Source of the DNA: Lepidodermella squamata
Taxonomy: Eukaryota > Animalia > Gastrotricha
Assembly (NCBI GenBank): GCA_047495785.1
Contig: JBLDXI010000007.1
Location: forward strand, 2,790,001 to 2,854,000
DNA: 64,000 nucleotides
Direction: 5' to 3'
Below are positions 12,856 to 23,833 of this stretch, piece after piece. A program made the position numbers and the translations under genes. A model generated the notes under the pieces. That model was not told where the DNA came from, made no database searches, and saw only the letters and a list, made by a program, of their open reading frames with translations. How positions within the stretch are numbered: position 1 is the stretch's first letter; every line of letters begins with the position of its first letter.

Positions 12856-13860
12856 TTAGAGGAGACGGCCAGCTCCAAGACCAACGAGGCCAGCGTTGCC
12901 GACGAGGCCAGCGCGGTTGAGGCCAAGACCGTTGACGCCGTTAACGCCATTGACACCGAGGAGACCAGCATTGCCAACGAAGCCGGCGTTGTTGACGAGG
13001 CCAGCGTTGCCGAGGAAGGCACCGTTGCCGACGAGGCCAGCGTTGCCAAGGAAGGCACCGTTGCCAACGAGGCCAGCATTGTTAACGCCAGCACCGAGGA
13101 AAGCGCCATTTCCGACGAGGCCGGCATTGTTGACGCCAGCACCGAGGAAAGCACCGTTGCCGACGAAGCCAGCGCGGTTGAGGCCGAGGCCATTGACGCC
13201 ATTGACGCCAACGAGGCCGGCGTTTCCGACGAGGCCAGCATTGCCGACGAAACCAGCATTGCCGACGAGGCCAGCGTTGCCGACGAGGCCAGCACCAAGA
13301 CCGAGGCCGTTGTTGGCAGCCTGCTGAGCACCCTGAGCACCCTGGGCGGCAGCCTGGTTGAAGCCCTGAGCACCAGCGGACTGCTGGGCACCCTGAGCGC
13401 CGGCAGCCTGGGCAGCAGCCTGCTGGGCAGCACCGGCGGCGGATCCCTGAGAGCCCTGGGCGCCCTGAGCACCTCCGTAGGCGAAGCCAGTGTCGAAGTC
13501 GCCGGCAGCCTGCTCGGCACCAGCGGAGGTGCGCTCAGAGGCGGCGAGGAGGGAAGCGGCGTGGTCGTAACGGCCAGCAGCCTGCTGGGCATCGGCGTGG
13601 GTGGCGCCCTGGCCGAAAGCTCCAGCGTGGTGAGATCCCTGGGAACCCTGAGCCTGTTGAGCAGCAGCAGCGGCAGCCTGGGCAGCGTGGCCGGCAGATC
13701 CAGCGGAAGCCTGACCACCCTGGGCGCCACCGTTAGCGAAGCCCTGGGAACCAGCGGCGGCGTTGGCAGCAGCAGCGGCATTGCCACCGAAGCCTCCGAT
13801 GGGGAGAACGCCGGCGTTGGCGACGGCGACTACGCCAAGAAGAACGGCAACCTTGAACAT
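12856..13860 (-). CDS. Secreted Gly/Ala/Asn/Gln-rich structural protein, paralog 1
   Basis: Signal peptide MFKVAVLLGVVAVANA, shared core HADAQQAAGRYDH..., GLVGNA/GNGAFL tail repeats, upstream TATA. Confidence 0.9.
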   Translation of the reverse strand: MFKVAVLLGVVAVANAGVLPIGGFGGNAAAAANAAAGSQGFANGGAQGGQASAGSAGHAAQAAAAAAQQAQGSQGSHHAGAFGQGATHADAQQAAGRYDHAASLLAASERTSAGAEQAAGDFDTGFAYGGAQGAQGSQGSAAGAAQQAAAQAAGAQGAQQSAGAQGFNQAAAQGAQGAQQAANNGLGLGAGLVGNAGLVGNAGFVGNAGLVGNAGLVGVNGVNGLGLNRAGFVGNGAFLGAGVNNAGLVGNGAFLGAGVNNAGLVGNGAFLGNAGLVGNGAFLGNAGLVNNAGFVGNAGLLGVNGVNGVNGLGLNRAGLVGNAGLVGLGAGRLL

Positions 13861-13956
13861 TTTAATAGCTGTTAAAGTGAGCTTTAAAACGGGTTATCGA
13901 CTTGGTGTTTTGATTCGCGGCTGGATGATGATGAACAAACCGTCGAATCGAGCCTC

Positions 13957-13963
13957 TTTTATA
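13957..13963 (-). promoter_or_regulatory. TATA box of paralog 1
   Basis: TATAAAA about 100 nt upstream of the ATG; an equivalent element occurs in the paralogs. Confidence 0.7.
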
Positions 13964-16090
13964 GCCATCAACCTGGTAGAATTCTCGCGAAAACCCCTTT
14001 GGACTTTGCACCCACTATTTGCTTGGTGCAATAATTATTTTGAACTTGCACCGGAATAATGGAACTATCCACAAATTATCGATTCTTCTAATCAAAATCG
14101 ATGTCATCGCTAGTCATGATAGTTCTTGAAGGTTCGAACTAAATTTTTTTTGGCGCATTGAAGCGTAAATTAGGGCCGCGATATTTTACCGAGTTGATAC
14201 GGTGTAGGGCTAATTTAATAAAGTTGCATCATCGCGCTAGCCACAGGTGAGTTGGCACTACGGCAAATATTGCATCAGCCTGGCCACACGCATGGCCAGC
14301 CGTAGCCGTGGAGATGGTCTGTCTCATCTAGTGCATTTTCCGTTACTCGTGGGCTCCGTTAGTAGTAGTATACGAGTACTTGAGTGCAACGTCTGCCTTC
14401 AAACACACCGTCAAGGTCAACTCGGCGGCCTGTATGTAGTGACGGCCACGTGTTTTCGCTCATGGAGTTGGTATTCACGTGTACATCATCAAGTAGAGCC
14501 TTTCTTGTTTAACCCTGTTGAGGGTAGGTAATTGAGAAGAGAGTTGACAGAAAAAAAGAAATTTTTAGAATTCGTAAAATCATAAAAAATCGCTTGAATA
14601 AATTGTTCGAATTAACCGAAAAGTTTACTGGAAGGAAACCGTAATCGAGAAACGAGAAATGACCGCAAGGGTTAGCTTGGAAATATTCTTGGTGTTTGAG
14701 AATTGGAACGCGTCTACTTTCCAACGAGGCTCTGAGAACTCTTAGACTGCTGTTATTCATAAATGGAGCCTGATACCTTGATCAATATTCACGATGATCC
14801 TATCAATTTATATACGACAAGCTCTGCGCGCACCTCGCACTTGTAAAGGTAGCGAATTCCTGGAACTTACCAGCTTCTTCCCATTACCACATCAGTCAAT
14901 AAAATGTAAAAATTGCTGGATTATTCAGCGAGTTTTGTCCTTATTATCGAAGGAACCAGAGTTTTCCCCATCAGATATATTATAGAATTATTTATTTTCA
15001 AACTTTTTGGATAGATTCTTGTTTCCACAGTGAATTTAGCAGTATACGAGGAATGCCGCGGAATTTCATCGTCAGTTAATTTTTCGTGGCGAACAGGCGC
15101 ATTCACATTTTTATTACTAATTAATTGCTAAATTCCTCTGCCGAAATTCTGAAAATAAATTTTCTTTCGATAATTCGCCACAAAGGTTTGAAAATGGGTG
15201 TACCAAGCGCCTACCCTAAATTTAGGGTTCCAGCAATAACATTGAGGTTCCAACATAAAAGTTTGATTTTTCGAGTTCAAGTCATCCTTAGAATCTCAAT
15301 TTCTATGCTAATATCTGTTACGGACACATCTCTCGGCGCTCATTTTACGACCTATAATTCAGCATGCAGAGCCGATATCGATTCCAAGTATCGAGTTTAC
15401 GAATTATTTAACATTATTTGTTTAGATCAAAGTTTAAACGCACACATTTCCTCTTTGTTCATGGTCCATTCTAATATCAAGCAGATTTATTTTGTAAATC
15501 AGCTATGTATTATCGCTCTTTATGTAGCATTAGGCTTGGGGCTTTCAATTTCCTGGCTTTCAAATTGTCGAGGTTCCTTGCGCAAGGTCAACAAAGGCTT
15601 AATTGAAGCCACTATAATAAGGCAGGAGTTCAAGAGTAAAAACACAACTGAGATGATGAATGCTGACATCAGCTAGCTTTTCATATAAGCACCTTCAGTA
15701 TTCAGCTTTCATCTCAAACTATCGAGAATTAGGATTCAACCAAAAACAGACAAGATGTTTGCCTAACGTGCTTCATTTATTGAAAGTTCAAAAGTGATTT
15801 CATGCCGATGAAATAAAATGTAAGCAGCTTTGAGAAACAAAAAAAATGATGGCAGGCAGAGTGATGGAGTGAAACACCGGTTGGTTTCCATTTGTCGACG
15901 CCGCGCTGATGTTCGCGTTCCAGGTCATCGTCCGAGTCGTGCGCTATAGAGCAGAATACATCAGGTACAAAAAATCATTTCCATCCAAAGTGCTTTGGTG
16001 CGTTCAGCGTGAAAAAATTGAGGTAGATGATGGTGTATATAGTTGATGTTGTGCAAATGTTGTTGGTAGACTGGATGTTGCGTGAGCTGT

Positions 16091-17035
16091 TTACCAGGCG
16101 TAGCGGGCGAAGCCGAGACCGCCGAGGTGACCGGCGCCATAGCCGCCGAGATGGCCGAGGTTGGCATTGCCGTAGCCGAGGCCGAAGCGACCAGCTCCGA
16201 GACCAGCGCCATAGCCGAAACCAGCACCGTGGCCGAAACCGTTTCCGAAGCCAAGACCAGCGCCGTAGCCGAAGCCAGCGCCATGGCCGAGACCGGCGCC
16301 ATAGCCAGCACCAAGACCAACACGGCCAGCGCCGAAACCAGCACCGTAACCGAGACCGTGACCAGCGAAGCCAGCGTTAGCACCACCAGCGAAGCCGGCA
16401 GCGTTGGCACCACCGAATCCACCATGGCCGTAGAAGACGGGGGCAGCGTGTTGCTGGACAGCGACTGGCTGGACGACAACGTTGGGCTGCTGCTGGACAG
16501 CCTGCTGGGCGACCTGGTGAGCACCCTGGGCGGCACCCTGGTTGAATCCGTGAGCACCAGCGGCATGGTGACCTCCCTGTTGGCCGGCAGCCTGGGCAGC
16601 GCCGAAGTGGCCGGCAGCAGCCTGGGATCCCTGAGAGCCTTGGGCGCCCTGGGCACCACCGTGGGCGTAGCCAGAGTCGAAGTCACCAGCAGCCTGTTCG
16701 GCGGCAGCAGAGGTGCGCTCAGAGGCAGCGAGGAGGGAAGCTCCGTGGTCGTAACGGCCAGCAGCCTGCTGGGCATCGGCATGGGTGGCGCCCTTTCCGT
16801 AGGCTCCAGCGTAGTGGGATCCCTGAGAGCCCTGAGCGTGATGGCCGTTGGCGCCAGCAGCCTGAGCGTGGTGACCGGCAGATCCAGCAGCAGCCTGGTT
16901 GGCATGGGCGCCGCCCTGGGAGGCAGCGTGGTGGCCGGCGTTTGCGGCAGCCGCGGCAGCATTGCTACCAGCGAATCCGCCGAAACTGGCGTTGGCGACG
17001 GCGAAAGCAGCGCAGACAACGGCGATCTTGAACAT
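16091..17035 (-). CDS. Secreted Gly/Ala/His-rich structural protein, paralog 2
   Basis: Start MFKIAVVCAAFAVANA at 17035 matches the paralog starts; conserved core; GYGAGLG/GHGAGFG tail. Confidence 0.9.
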   Translation of the reverse strand: MFKIAVVCAAFAVANASFGGFAGSNAAAAAANAGHHAASQGGAHANQAAAGSAGHHAQAAGANGHHAQGSQGSHYAGAYGKGATHADAQQAAGRYDHGASLLAASERTSAAAEQAAGDFDSGYAHGGAQGAQGSQGSQAAAGHFGAAQAAGQQGGHHAAGAHGFNQGAAQGAHQVAQQAVQQQPNVVVQPVAVQQHAAPVFYGHGGFGGANAAGFAGGANAGFAGHGLGYGAGFGAGRVGLGAGYGAGLGHGAGFGYGAGLGFGNGFGHGAGFGYGAGLGAGRFGLGYGNANLGHLGGYGAGHLGGLGFARYAW

Positions 17036-17083
17036 CTTTGTGACGTCTACAAGTGGATGGATAAAAGATTGAAAAAGTGAATG

Positions 17084-17117
17084 ACTGACGAATCCCTCTA
17101 ATCCGGTCGCTTTTATA
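17084..17117 (-). promoter_or_regulatory. TATA + initiator core promoter of paralog 2
   Basis: TATAAAA at 17117-17111 and TCAGT at 17088-17084, about 30 nt apart. Confidence 0.75.
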
Positions 17118-17827
17118 CGCTCAACCTTCAAAAACAACATGGACCGCGCGACGCTCCTTGCTAACCGCAGGGCCCTGTTATCTGAGTGCATTACCGTTTC
17201 CGAAATAAATTCCTCAGAAAATCAGAAACATTTTTTAATCTCATTTTATCGAAAGGTAGTCCCAACTAGAGCAAACTCGAAATTCTCTGCAATTCTCTGA
17301 TATTTTCCGATTTTTCGAACATCCCGCTGTTTTAACGGGGTTCTACGGTAGAGCGTGTTGTTTGACAAGGCCTTGTGACCATCTCCGCGCATAAACATAA
17401 ACGCACCAGCTTGTGATCGATGTTTTTTCAACGGTGGCGCTAATTAGTGCCATCTTACAGGCGAACGCTATTCATACGTTTTTTACTCATTTGCACTTGT
17501 ACACGCATGCATTTTTGCTACACACCGGCGATGGCAATCTTGCATCAATGTAAACAACACCGGCTATTTGTCAACATTTGAATAGTGAACGTCTTTGGAA
17601 TAAACATATTACACAGTACTTGCGAGTAAAAAAATTAAACAAATACGTAGCGCATTTTTATTGTTTATTATTTACTTTTTCGCGTAAAAATGTTACAAGG
17701 GTGACATAACATAAAAAGTTTGATTTTGAAGCATTTTGATTTTAATGGCCGAAGTAGAACTGCCTGGCATTGCCAAAGTTGTTGAAGTGACCTCCGCCAA
17801 GACCGAACCCTGAAAAAGTGGCCACTT

Positions 17828-18898
17828 TTATTGAAGATTAAGGCGTTGTAAGAAAGGCAAACCTCCAAGTCTGTTCAAACCGAGGCCCAGGCCAAGTTGT
17901 GCCCTGCCAAGCCCGAGATCGCCGACTGCGACGCGGCCATAGCCTGATCCGAATCTGCCTCCGAAGCCGCTGCCGAAGCCCGATCCGGTTCCAGCATTGA
18001 AACCACCGCCAAAACCTGAGTTTAGTCCCGACCCGATTCCAGCGTTGAATCCTCCGTTAAAACCCGACCCAACGGCAGAGTTGAAACCCCCTGAATTGAA
18101 ACCACCGCCAACTCCAGATCCAATTCCGTGACCAAATCCCCCGTTAGAAACTGATCCTACCCCTGCGTTAACCCCTGAGTTGAAACCACCACCAACTCCG
18201 GATCCGAATCCGTGACCGAATCCGCCTGCATAGTTACTACCGCCTACAGCAATAGGCTTGATGACTGAAGTGTGAAAAAAGAGTTTATACAAAGGCTATA
18301 CATATAGCAGTTGCTACCTACCGTACTGGGCCTGTTGTTGTTGGGGCAATTGCTGCTGTTGTTGCCGTGAAACGATCTGATAACCCTGATTCCCACCATG
18401 CGCCGCTCCAGAATGAGCCGCACCTTCCTGCCCAGCTGCCTCAGCTCCAGCAAACTTGCCAGCTGATGCTTTAGCGCCCTGAGAACCTTGAGCACCCTGT
18501 CCAGTGCCATAGGCGAAACCAGTGTCAAATCGTCCCCCTGAGTTCTCTCCAGCCGCCGAAGTTCGCTCCGAGGCTGATAGCAAGTTGGCGCTATGATCGT
18601 ATCGGCCGGCAGATTGTTCCGCATCAGCGTGAGTTCCGCCTCGTTTGTAAGCGCCTGAAAATTGCGAGCCTTGAGATCCTTCCGCTTGGTGAGCACCCTG
18701 GCCTGCGCCTTGGAAAGTCCCACCAGCAGACCCGGAAACAGCTTGACCCGCGTGAGCTCCAGCTGCCGATCCTGCATGGTTGCCAGCAAAGGCGTCTGCG
18801 GCGCTATTGCTACTGCCGCCTTGATGTAAGTTGATCGGGACTAAGTTTGCATTTGCCAAAGCAAGGGCAGCGAAGAAGGCTGTTGCTGTAATCATCAT
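17828..18898 (-). CDS. Secreted Gly-rich structural protein, divergent paralog 3; exons 18898-18322, 18264-17828
   Basis: Signal peptide and core THADAEQSAGRYDHSANLLSASERTSAAGENSGGRFDTG. A 57-nt GT-AG intron restores QQAQY-VIKPIAV, matching VVQPVAV in paralogs. GFNSG/GFGSG tail. Confidence 0.85.
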
Positions 18899-19629
18899 CT
18901 TCAATTTGTCAACAAATGATGCGAAATGATGCCACTGGGGGAAGAAGACCCATCACAACTTGTTTGCCCGAGATCTCAAGAGCCCTTGAGAACATTTCGC
19001 TCTTTAACGCCTAAGCCGATTAATTTTGACTTGACGGTGCCAAAATACGAAAGCTATCGGCTATTGGTAAAGAGTGACACAAAAGGCCAAGCCGGTGCAT
19101 CAGTATTGGCTGAAAGATGACTGCTGATATCTTAATATCGATTTGAATCCTCACATGAAAAGTTCACTTTTTTACGAGGTGATACGGTAATTATTTAGGT
19201 TCATTGTCGTCGGCCTTGCGCTAAAAACCCACTATGGAAGCTGTTAACAGCAGGCTGTTGCCGCCTGGAGTGGCATCTGTCATACGAGGCTACGTGCGTA
19301 AAAACAGACTACTCGTGCGTTGCGCAGCATTTTTTCGGTTGCACAAAAGTGAAGCGGAATTAAATTGTCCTTCAGCGTTTCCTTTTTTAAATGCAACAAA
19401 CACTCAAATGCAAAATCTGGCCCATCAATGCGAAAAATGATGCGTGGATGAGTTAAACTGGAGTTTTACAATTTTTGGCGCAAAAGCAACACGAATCCGT
19501 TGATCCTTCATGTACCAATTGCGACGAAAAAATAGGAATCTCGAGAATGCACTTGAAGTGAGGGAACAAAATCCAAATTAAAAGTTGCTTATTTCTAAGG
19601 CAACGTCATGCTTTTTAATTCCCGCTCTT

Positions 19630-21314
19630 TCAATACATATCATATTTTGGCCCAAGTGAAGTCTCCCGCATCGGTTTAGGATGATCGTCGAATTGGCAAA
19701 GTGTTCGCGGTAATAAGCGACGGGTAGGCACCAGCGAATAATGAGCAGCTGATTCACCAAATCCACTGAGACTAATAACTAATCGGTCCATTTTAGTAAG
19801 GAAGAGCCAATCGAGATAAGTCTTCGCTCCATCCATCCATAGTTCTTCCTCGCTTCTTCCATCAAGTTCAATTTTATCGATGTGAGAAATTTGACTACGA
19901 TCGGTAGTAATAATTTTGATTGTTTCCGACGAGCTCGCGATGAAGTCCGCCAAGTATAGCTGAAAATCGGCGTAGGCTTGCTCCGAATCAGCTGTAATAA
20001 ATATTGCGACACTTTGCCCCGCGAGATCAAGGAAGTTCAGGATTCGTTTAACCTCTTCAGCTTGACATCGCACGTCATCAGCTTTGTACTCAGCTATTTC
20101 GTCTAAAACTGAAAATTCGGTCCATACAATTCAAGTGGTTGGTTTATCAGTATTTGTTACATCTTAGTCTGGATATGCAGTGTCATAGTCCAACTACTTG
20201 TTGCTGGGTCGGTCGCGATAGTGGGGCTGGTCGGGTTGGTGGGTGTGATTTTTTTTCACACTATGTTAATCAATTGATAGAATCGCGTGCTGCCAAGCCC
20301 CATTGATCCCATTGATGCTATCATATCGAAAATCAGAGCAACACGTAGTTGGACTTTGACTCCGCAAAATCCGGCCTAAGATGTAACTGTTAACTTACGA
20401 AAGCTTCGGTGTTGGATACCAATTTTGATACAGTTCCTCCAGTAATCCATACCGACCGAAGTTGTGATGGTTTTTGCAAATAAGGCTCTCAGTCGTGAAT
20501 TCGGCCTTTCGAAGATCAGCCTTAAAGCTGCGGAGATTGCAATGTTAAAATCATAATTGAATCCAAGTAAGCCGGGGGAAAATGTCTCGAAATTGTCCTT
20601 GAAACCCTCGTTCCAAAGCACGCCGTCTAATCCAGCATGCCGATTTGACCATAGCTTCAAATATTTAAATCTCTCTGTTTCATTCAATAACGTCTCCCTC
20701 TGCATGAATGCAGAATAGTTTTCATTTAACAGTTCGTCATGATGTGATAACAGCTTGGTCCTGCTTTCGTTGTATGGTTCGGTGAAAGTTTGCCGGAATG
20801 TGGCAGCATCCACCTGGTAAAAGTGTTCGTTCACTTGAAAATAATCAGCAACATCACCAGGTTTATTCCATTCGAAGTTGAACACCCGATTCGAGCCAAT
20901 TGCGAGGTAGAGGGCGATGACAGAGCCCCTGAGACGATCCCCAAGGCCGTTGCAATTATGATGATCAGGCCTTAGGCAAATCCTGCGGCCTGGAGGTATT
21001 GCCGGATACATGAAATCGAAGCATGCAATATTTTGAGGCAATATGGATCGTTTACAAAACGAAGTTGCAAATTTAACATCATAGGTAGATTTCTCCTTGA
21101 ATTCAGCTGCCACTCGAGCTATGTAGTTTTCTTTGATGGACTTGGCAACAGCGATTGCCTGAGCTTGACGAGCTGATAGTCTGCGGATTTCAAAATCTGA
21201 AAACAGATCATCGTTGTCGCTAGTCGAGCTTTCCTTAACGTTGGTGTATAACAGGAGCAATAAACCTAAAACTGTGATGATAGCAAGATATTTCGTGGCA
21301 AGCTGGCTATGCAT
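19630..21314 (-). CDS. Type II membrane fucosyltransferase-like glycosyltransferase (GT-B, GT23/GT37/NodZ-like); exons 21314-20399, ~20102-19630
   Basis: N-terminal TM anchor and motifs NGLGDRLRG, KIGIQHR, IFITADS, LDWLFL...SLSGFG typical of the alpha-1,2/1,6/O-fucosyltransferase clan. GTAAGT donor with an in-phase acceptor. Confidence 0.75.
20182..20360. mobile_element. MITE-like element in the glycosyltransferase intron
   Basis: 24-bp inverted repeats (20182-20205 / 20337-20360, 2 mismatches); no clear TSD. Confidence 0.55.
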
Positions 21315-22040
21315 TGAACAATTGCCACATTGTGAAGGGGCTGTTATACCTGGGGAAGAGTAAAGAAACACGTAACGCTACATTCTCACCTCTTTTATTT
21401 ACAAATGTTCTTGGATCTATTGTTACTATTACTCGGCTCTTGGATGAACGCAAAAGAGGATCAAACATAAGGTCTAAGCAGTCTTAACACAATAGCGACC
21501 ATGTTGTGATCATTATATCTCATGTTCAGAGCTAGCCATGGTCTATTTCGGGGTGTATCAATACCACCAATAAAGAAGTCACCAATGCCACCAACGGCGG
21601 TTCTCATCTTTCATCTTTTAGCTTGACACCGTCTAGGGCAAGTACGAAATCATGTGTGAACGGTGGAGTTGTGTTGGCTATCTTCAATCCATTAGTGTTT
21701 TAACTGTTATTTACAAACAGGTATCCCAAGTGCCTCCAATCTTACAAGGTTAGATTGCTGCAAGGCTACGTTGGGATATCAACATCCCACATAATTTCTG
21801 GAAAATTCGTTAATAATGGCTACAACAGCCAAATGGGATTGGCAGTTCTCGAATTTTGGTTCGAGTCCATAATCCCCAGATGAGCAGACTTGCTTCAAGG
21901 TCACCCGTACTGAAAAAGAGGGCATGTTGGTGATATTCGACGGCAACAGACCAATCCTTAAAAATGAAGCAGAAAAAATGAAGCGAGTAACGATATTGAC
22001 ATTTTATCTTGAGTAACAGAACATCAACAGGTCACAAAAA

Positions 22041-23240
22041 ATGACAGTCATATTCCAAATTTTAATATTGTATCTTTTTGTCATCGAATCTATTTACGCA
22101 CCAGCCGCCCCAAAAGTGCCCGCCGCGAATGCCGTTATAGTACAACAGCGGTTATCTAACGACACCAAATGCGTAAGGATTCAGTCGAAATCGAAGCAAG
22201 AATATCTCAGGCTGGAATGCGACAGGATCCCGGAGGGAACTCCAATGACTGCTGGCGGAGGAAATTATATTTTTGAGGGGACTAAAGCGGTAGGCGATGG
22301 AATGCAAGACTTCTACGTTCTCTTAAACACAACGAGCAAGACGGCTCTCATCGAATCTGTCATGTCACGCGGGCGCTTTCTGCGGGTTGATTGCGCGACA
22401 TTGCGAATCAATTGCCAATCAGGTGTTGGCCGCAGTGAGACATTCAGTTACGAAACGAACTCTGATAACTCCTTATCTTTTTACTTTGGGGAGGGCACTT
22501 CAAAACGATATCTTACCGTTGGGAAAACCGTCTGCACGAAGAATTTAGCCACGCCTGGGCAAGCGGAGTCGTTCTTCTTGCGCAATGACTGCAAGCCGCC
22601 ACCACCTAAAACCACCACCGCAGCTCCCACTACTGCGAAAGCCGATTCTGTTGGTGCAGGCACAACCAAAGCTGGTAGCAGTAACGCGGGTGCGACCACG
22701 GCTAAGCCATCTGGCACGACATCTGGCACGACAGCAAAGGGATCTGATTCGGGCACCACGACTAAAGCTGGCGCAGCCACCACAAAACCGGGAGATGCTC
22801 CGCCAGCAACTACTGCAAAAGCGTCTGATACAACAACGACAAAAGCTGGACAAACCACTGCTAAGCCGGCGGATGCTGCGCAAACTACCAAGGCCCCTGA
22901 CTCCGCTGCTACAACTAAAGCCGCGGAAACTACAACTAAGGCTGGTGATGCCGCGACAACAACGACTGCCAAGGCCGGGTCAGAAACTACCACGACTAAG
23001 GCTGCCGATACTACAACCACCACGGCAAAAGCTGGCGAAACTACCACGACTAAGGCTGCCGCGGCTACAACCACCACAGCTAAGGCTGCCGATACCACAA
23101 CCACCACAGCTAAGGCGGTCGATACTACAACTACTACAGCTAAGGCTGCCGACACCACAACCACCACAACCACTACAACCACTACAACAACTAAAGCCAC
23201 TCAGGCTGCGCAAACCACTACCACAGCTAAAGCCGGCTAA
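22041..23240 (+). CDS. Secreted fascin-like beta-trefoil protein A with Thr/Ala/Lys mucin-like tail
   Basis: Intronless; signal peptide; YLRLEC, FLRVDC, INCQSGVGRSETF; about 210-aa tail of TTTTAKAAD-like repeats. Confidence 0.8.
   Translation: MTVIFQILILYLFVIESIYAPAAPKVPAANAVIVQQRLSNDTKCVRIQSKSKQEYLRLECDRIPEGTPMTAGGGNYIFEGTKAVGDGMQDFYVLLNTTSKTALIESVMSRGRFLRVDCATLRINCQSGVGRSETFSYETNSDNSLSFYFGEGTSKRYLTVGKTVCTKNLATPGQAESFFLRNDCKPPPPKTTTAAPTTAKADSVGAGTTKAGSSNAGATTAKPSGTTSGTTAKGSDSGTTTKAGAATTKPGDAPPATTAKASDTTTTKAGQTTAKPADAAQTTKAPDSAATTKAAETTTKAGDAATTTTAKAGSETTTTKAADTTTTTAKAGETTTTKAAAATTTTAKAADTTTTTAKAVDTTTTTAKAADTTTTTTTTTTTTTKATQAAQTTTTAKAG
22612..23237 (+). repeat. Coding tandem repeats (T)nAKA(A/G)D/E
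   Basis: Degenerate units of about 27-30 nt (e.g. actacaaccaccacagctaaggctgccgat). Confidence 0.9.
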
Positions 23241-23833
23241 ATGCCGCAGTGTGGCAGCTTACAAGTTACAAAATCCGAGTGGACTCCTTGTTATACTAAC
23301 TTTTATTTGAGGCTCTTGAAAGAATAAAAGTAATATAGGTAACTGCAACCTGCAACAAACTTGGGAAGCAACATTGCATTAAAACACATTTTTCCAGTCT
23401 GGCGAGACAAGTTGCACTTCCCTGAGTTTTTAAGCGATTATTTAAATGGGGAAGGCCAGACAAGTTAACAGTTGCCGGCTGTCGGTGTTCAGCATTGATT
23501 AGGAAAACTATTGAATATAAGTCAGAGTGAAATAATATTGCTTAAATTGTAGAGTTTGCCAAGTGAGTTCGTTGACCTGCTCATTTTTTTATTATTGATT
23601 GCACGAAAATTGGTGATGACTTAAAGAAGGAGAACAAATGTCGATCTCTGACTAATTATGGTGTAGAGTCTGTCGAATAACTCCGAAACTTTTTGGAGTA
23701 TTTAAGCAAGAACTCGAGCCCACGTTTCTTAGAAAACCTGCATGAAGTCGTGCAGATGCGTGGTTCAAAAGAAAACACCCTTTGTTGAGTCGTGGTTAAG
23801 CTGCAAGCGTGCTACTTCTCAAATTTTGCTCAA

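Noticed and set aside
12860-13310. Regularly spaced repeats resembling a CRISPR array
   Set aside because: They are in-frame coding repeats in a eukaryotic gene, with no unique spacers and no cas genes.
17036-17191. 52-aa N-terminal extension of paralog 2 in the ORF track
   Set aside because: It spans the TATA and initiator; the paralogs all start at the MFK/MYK methionine.
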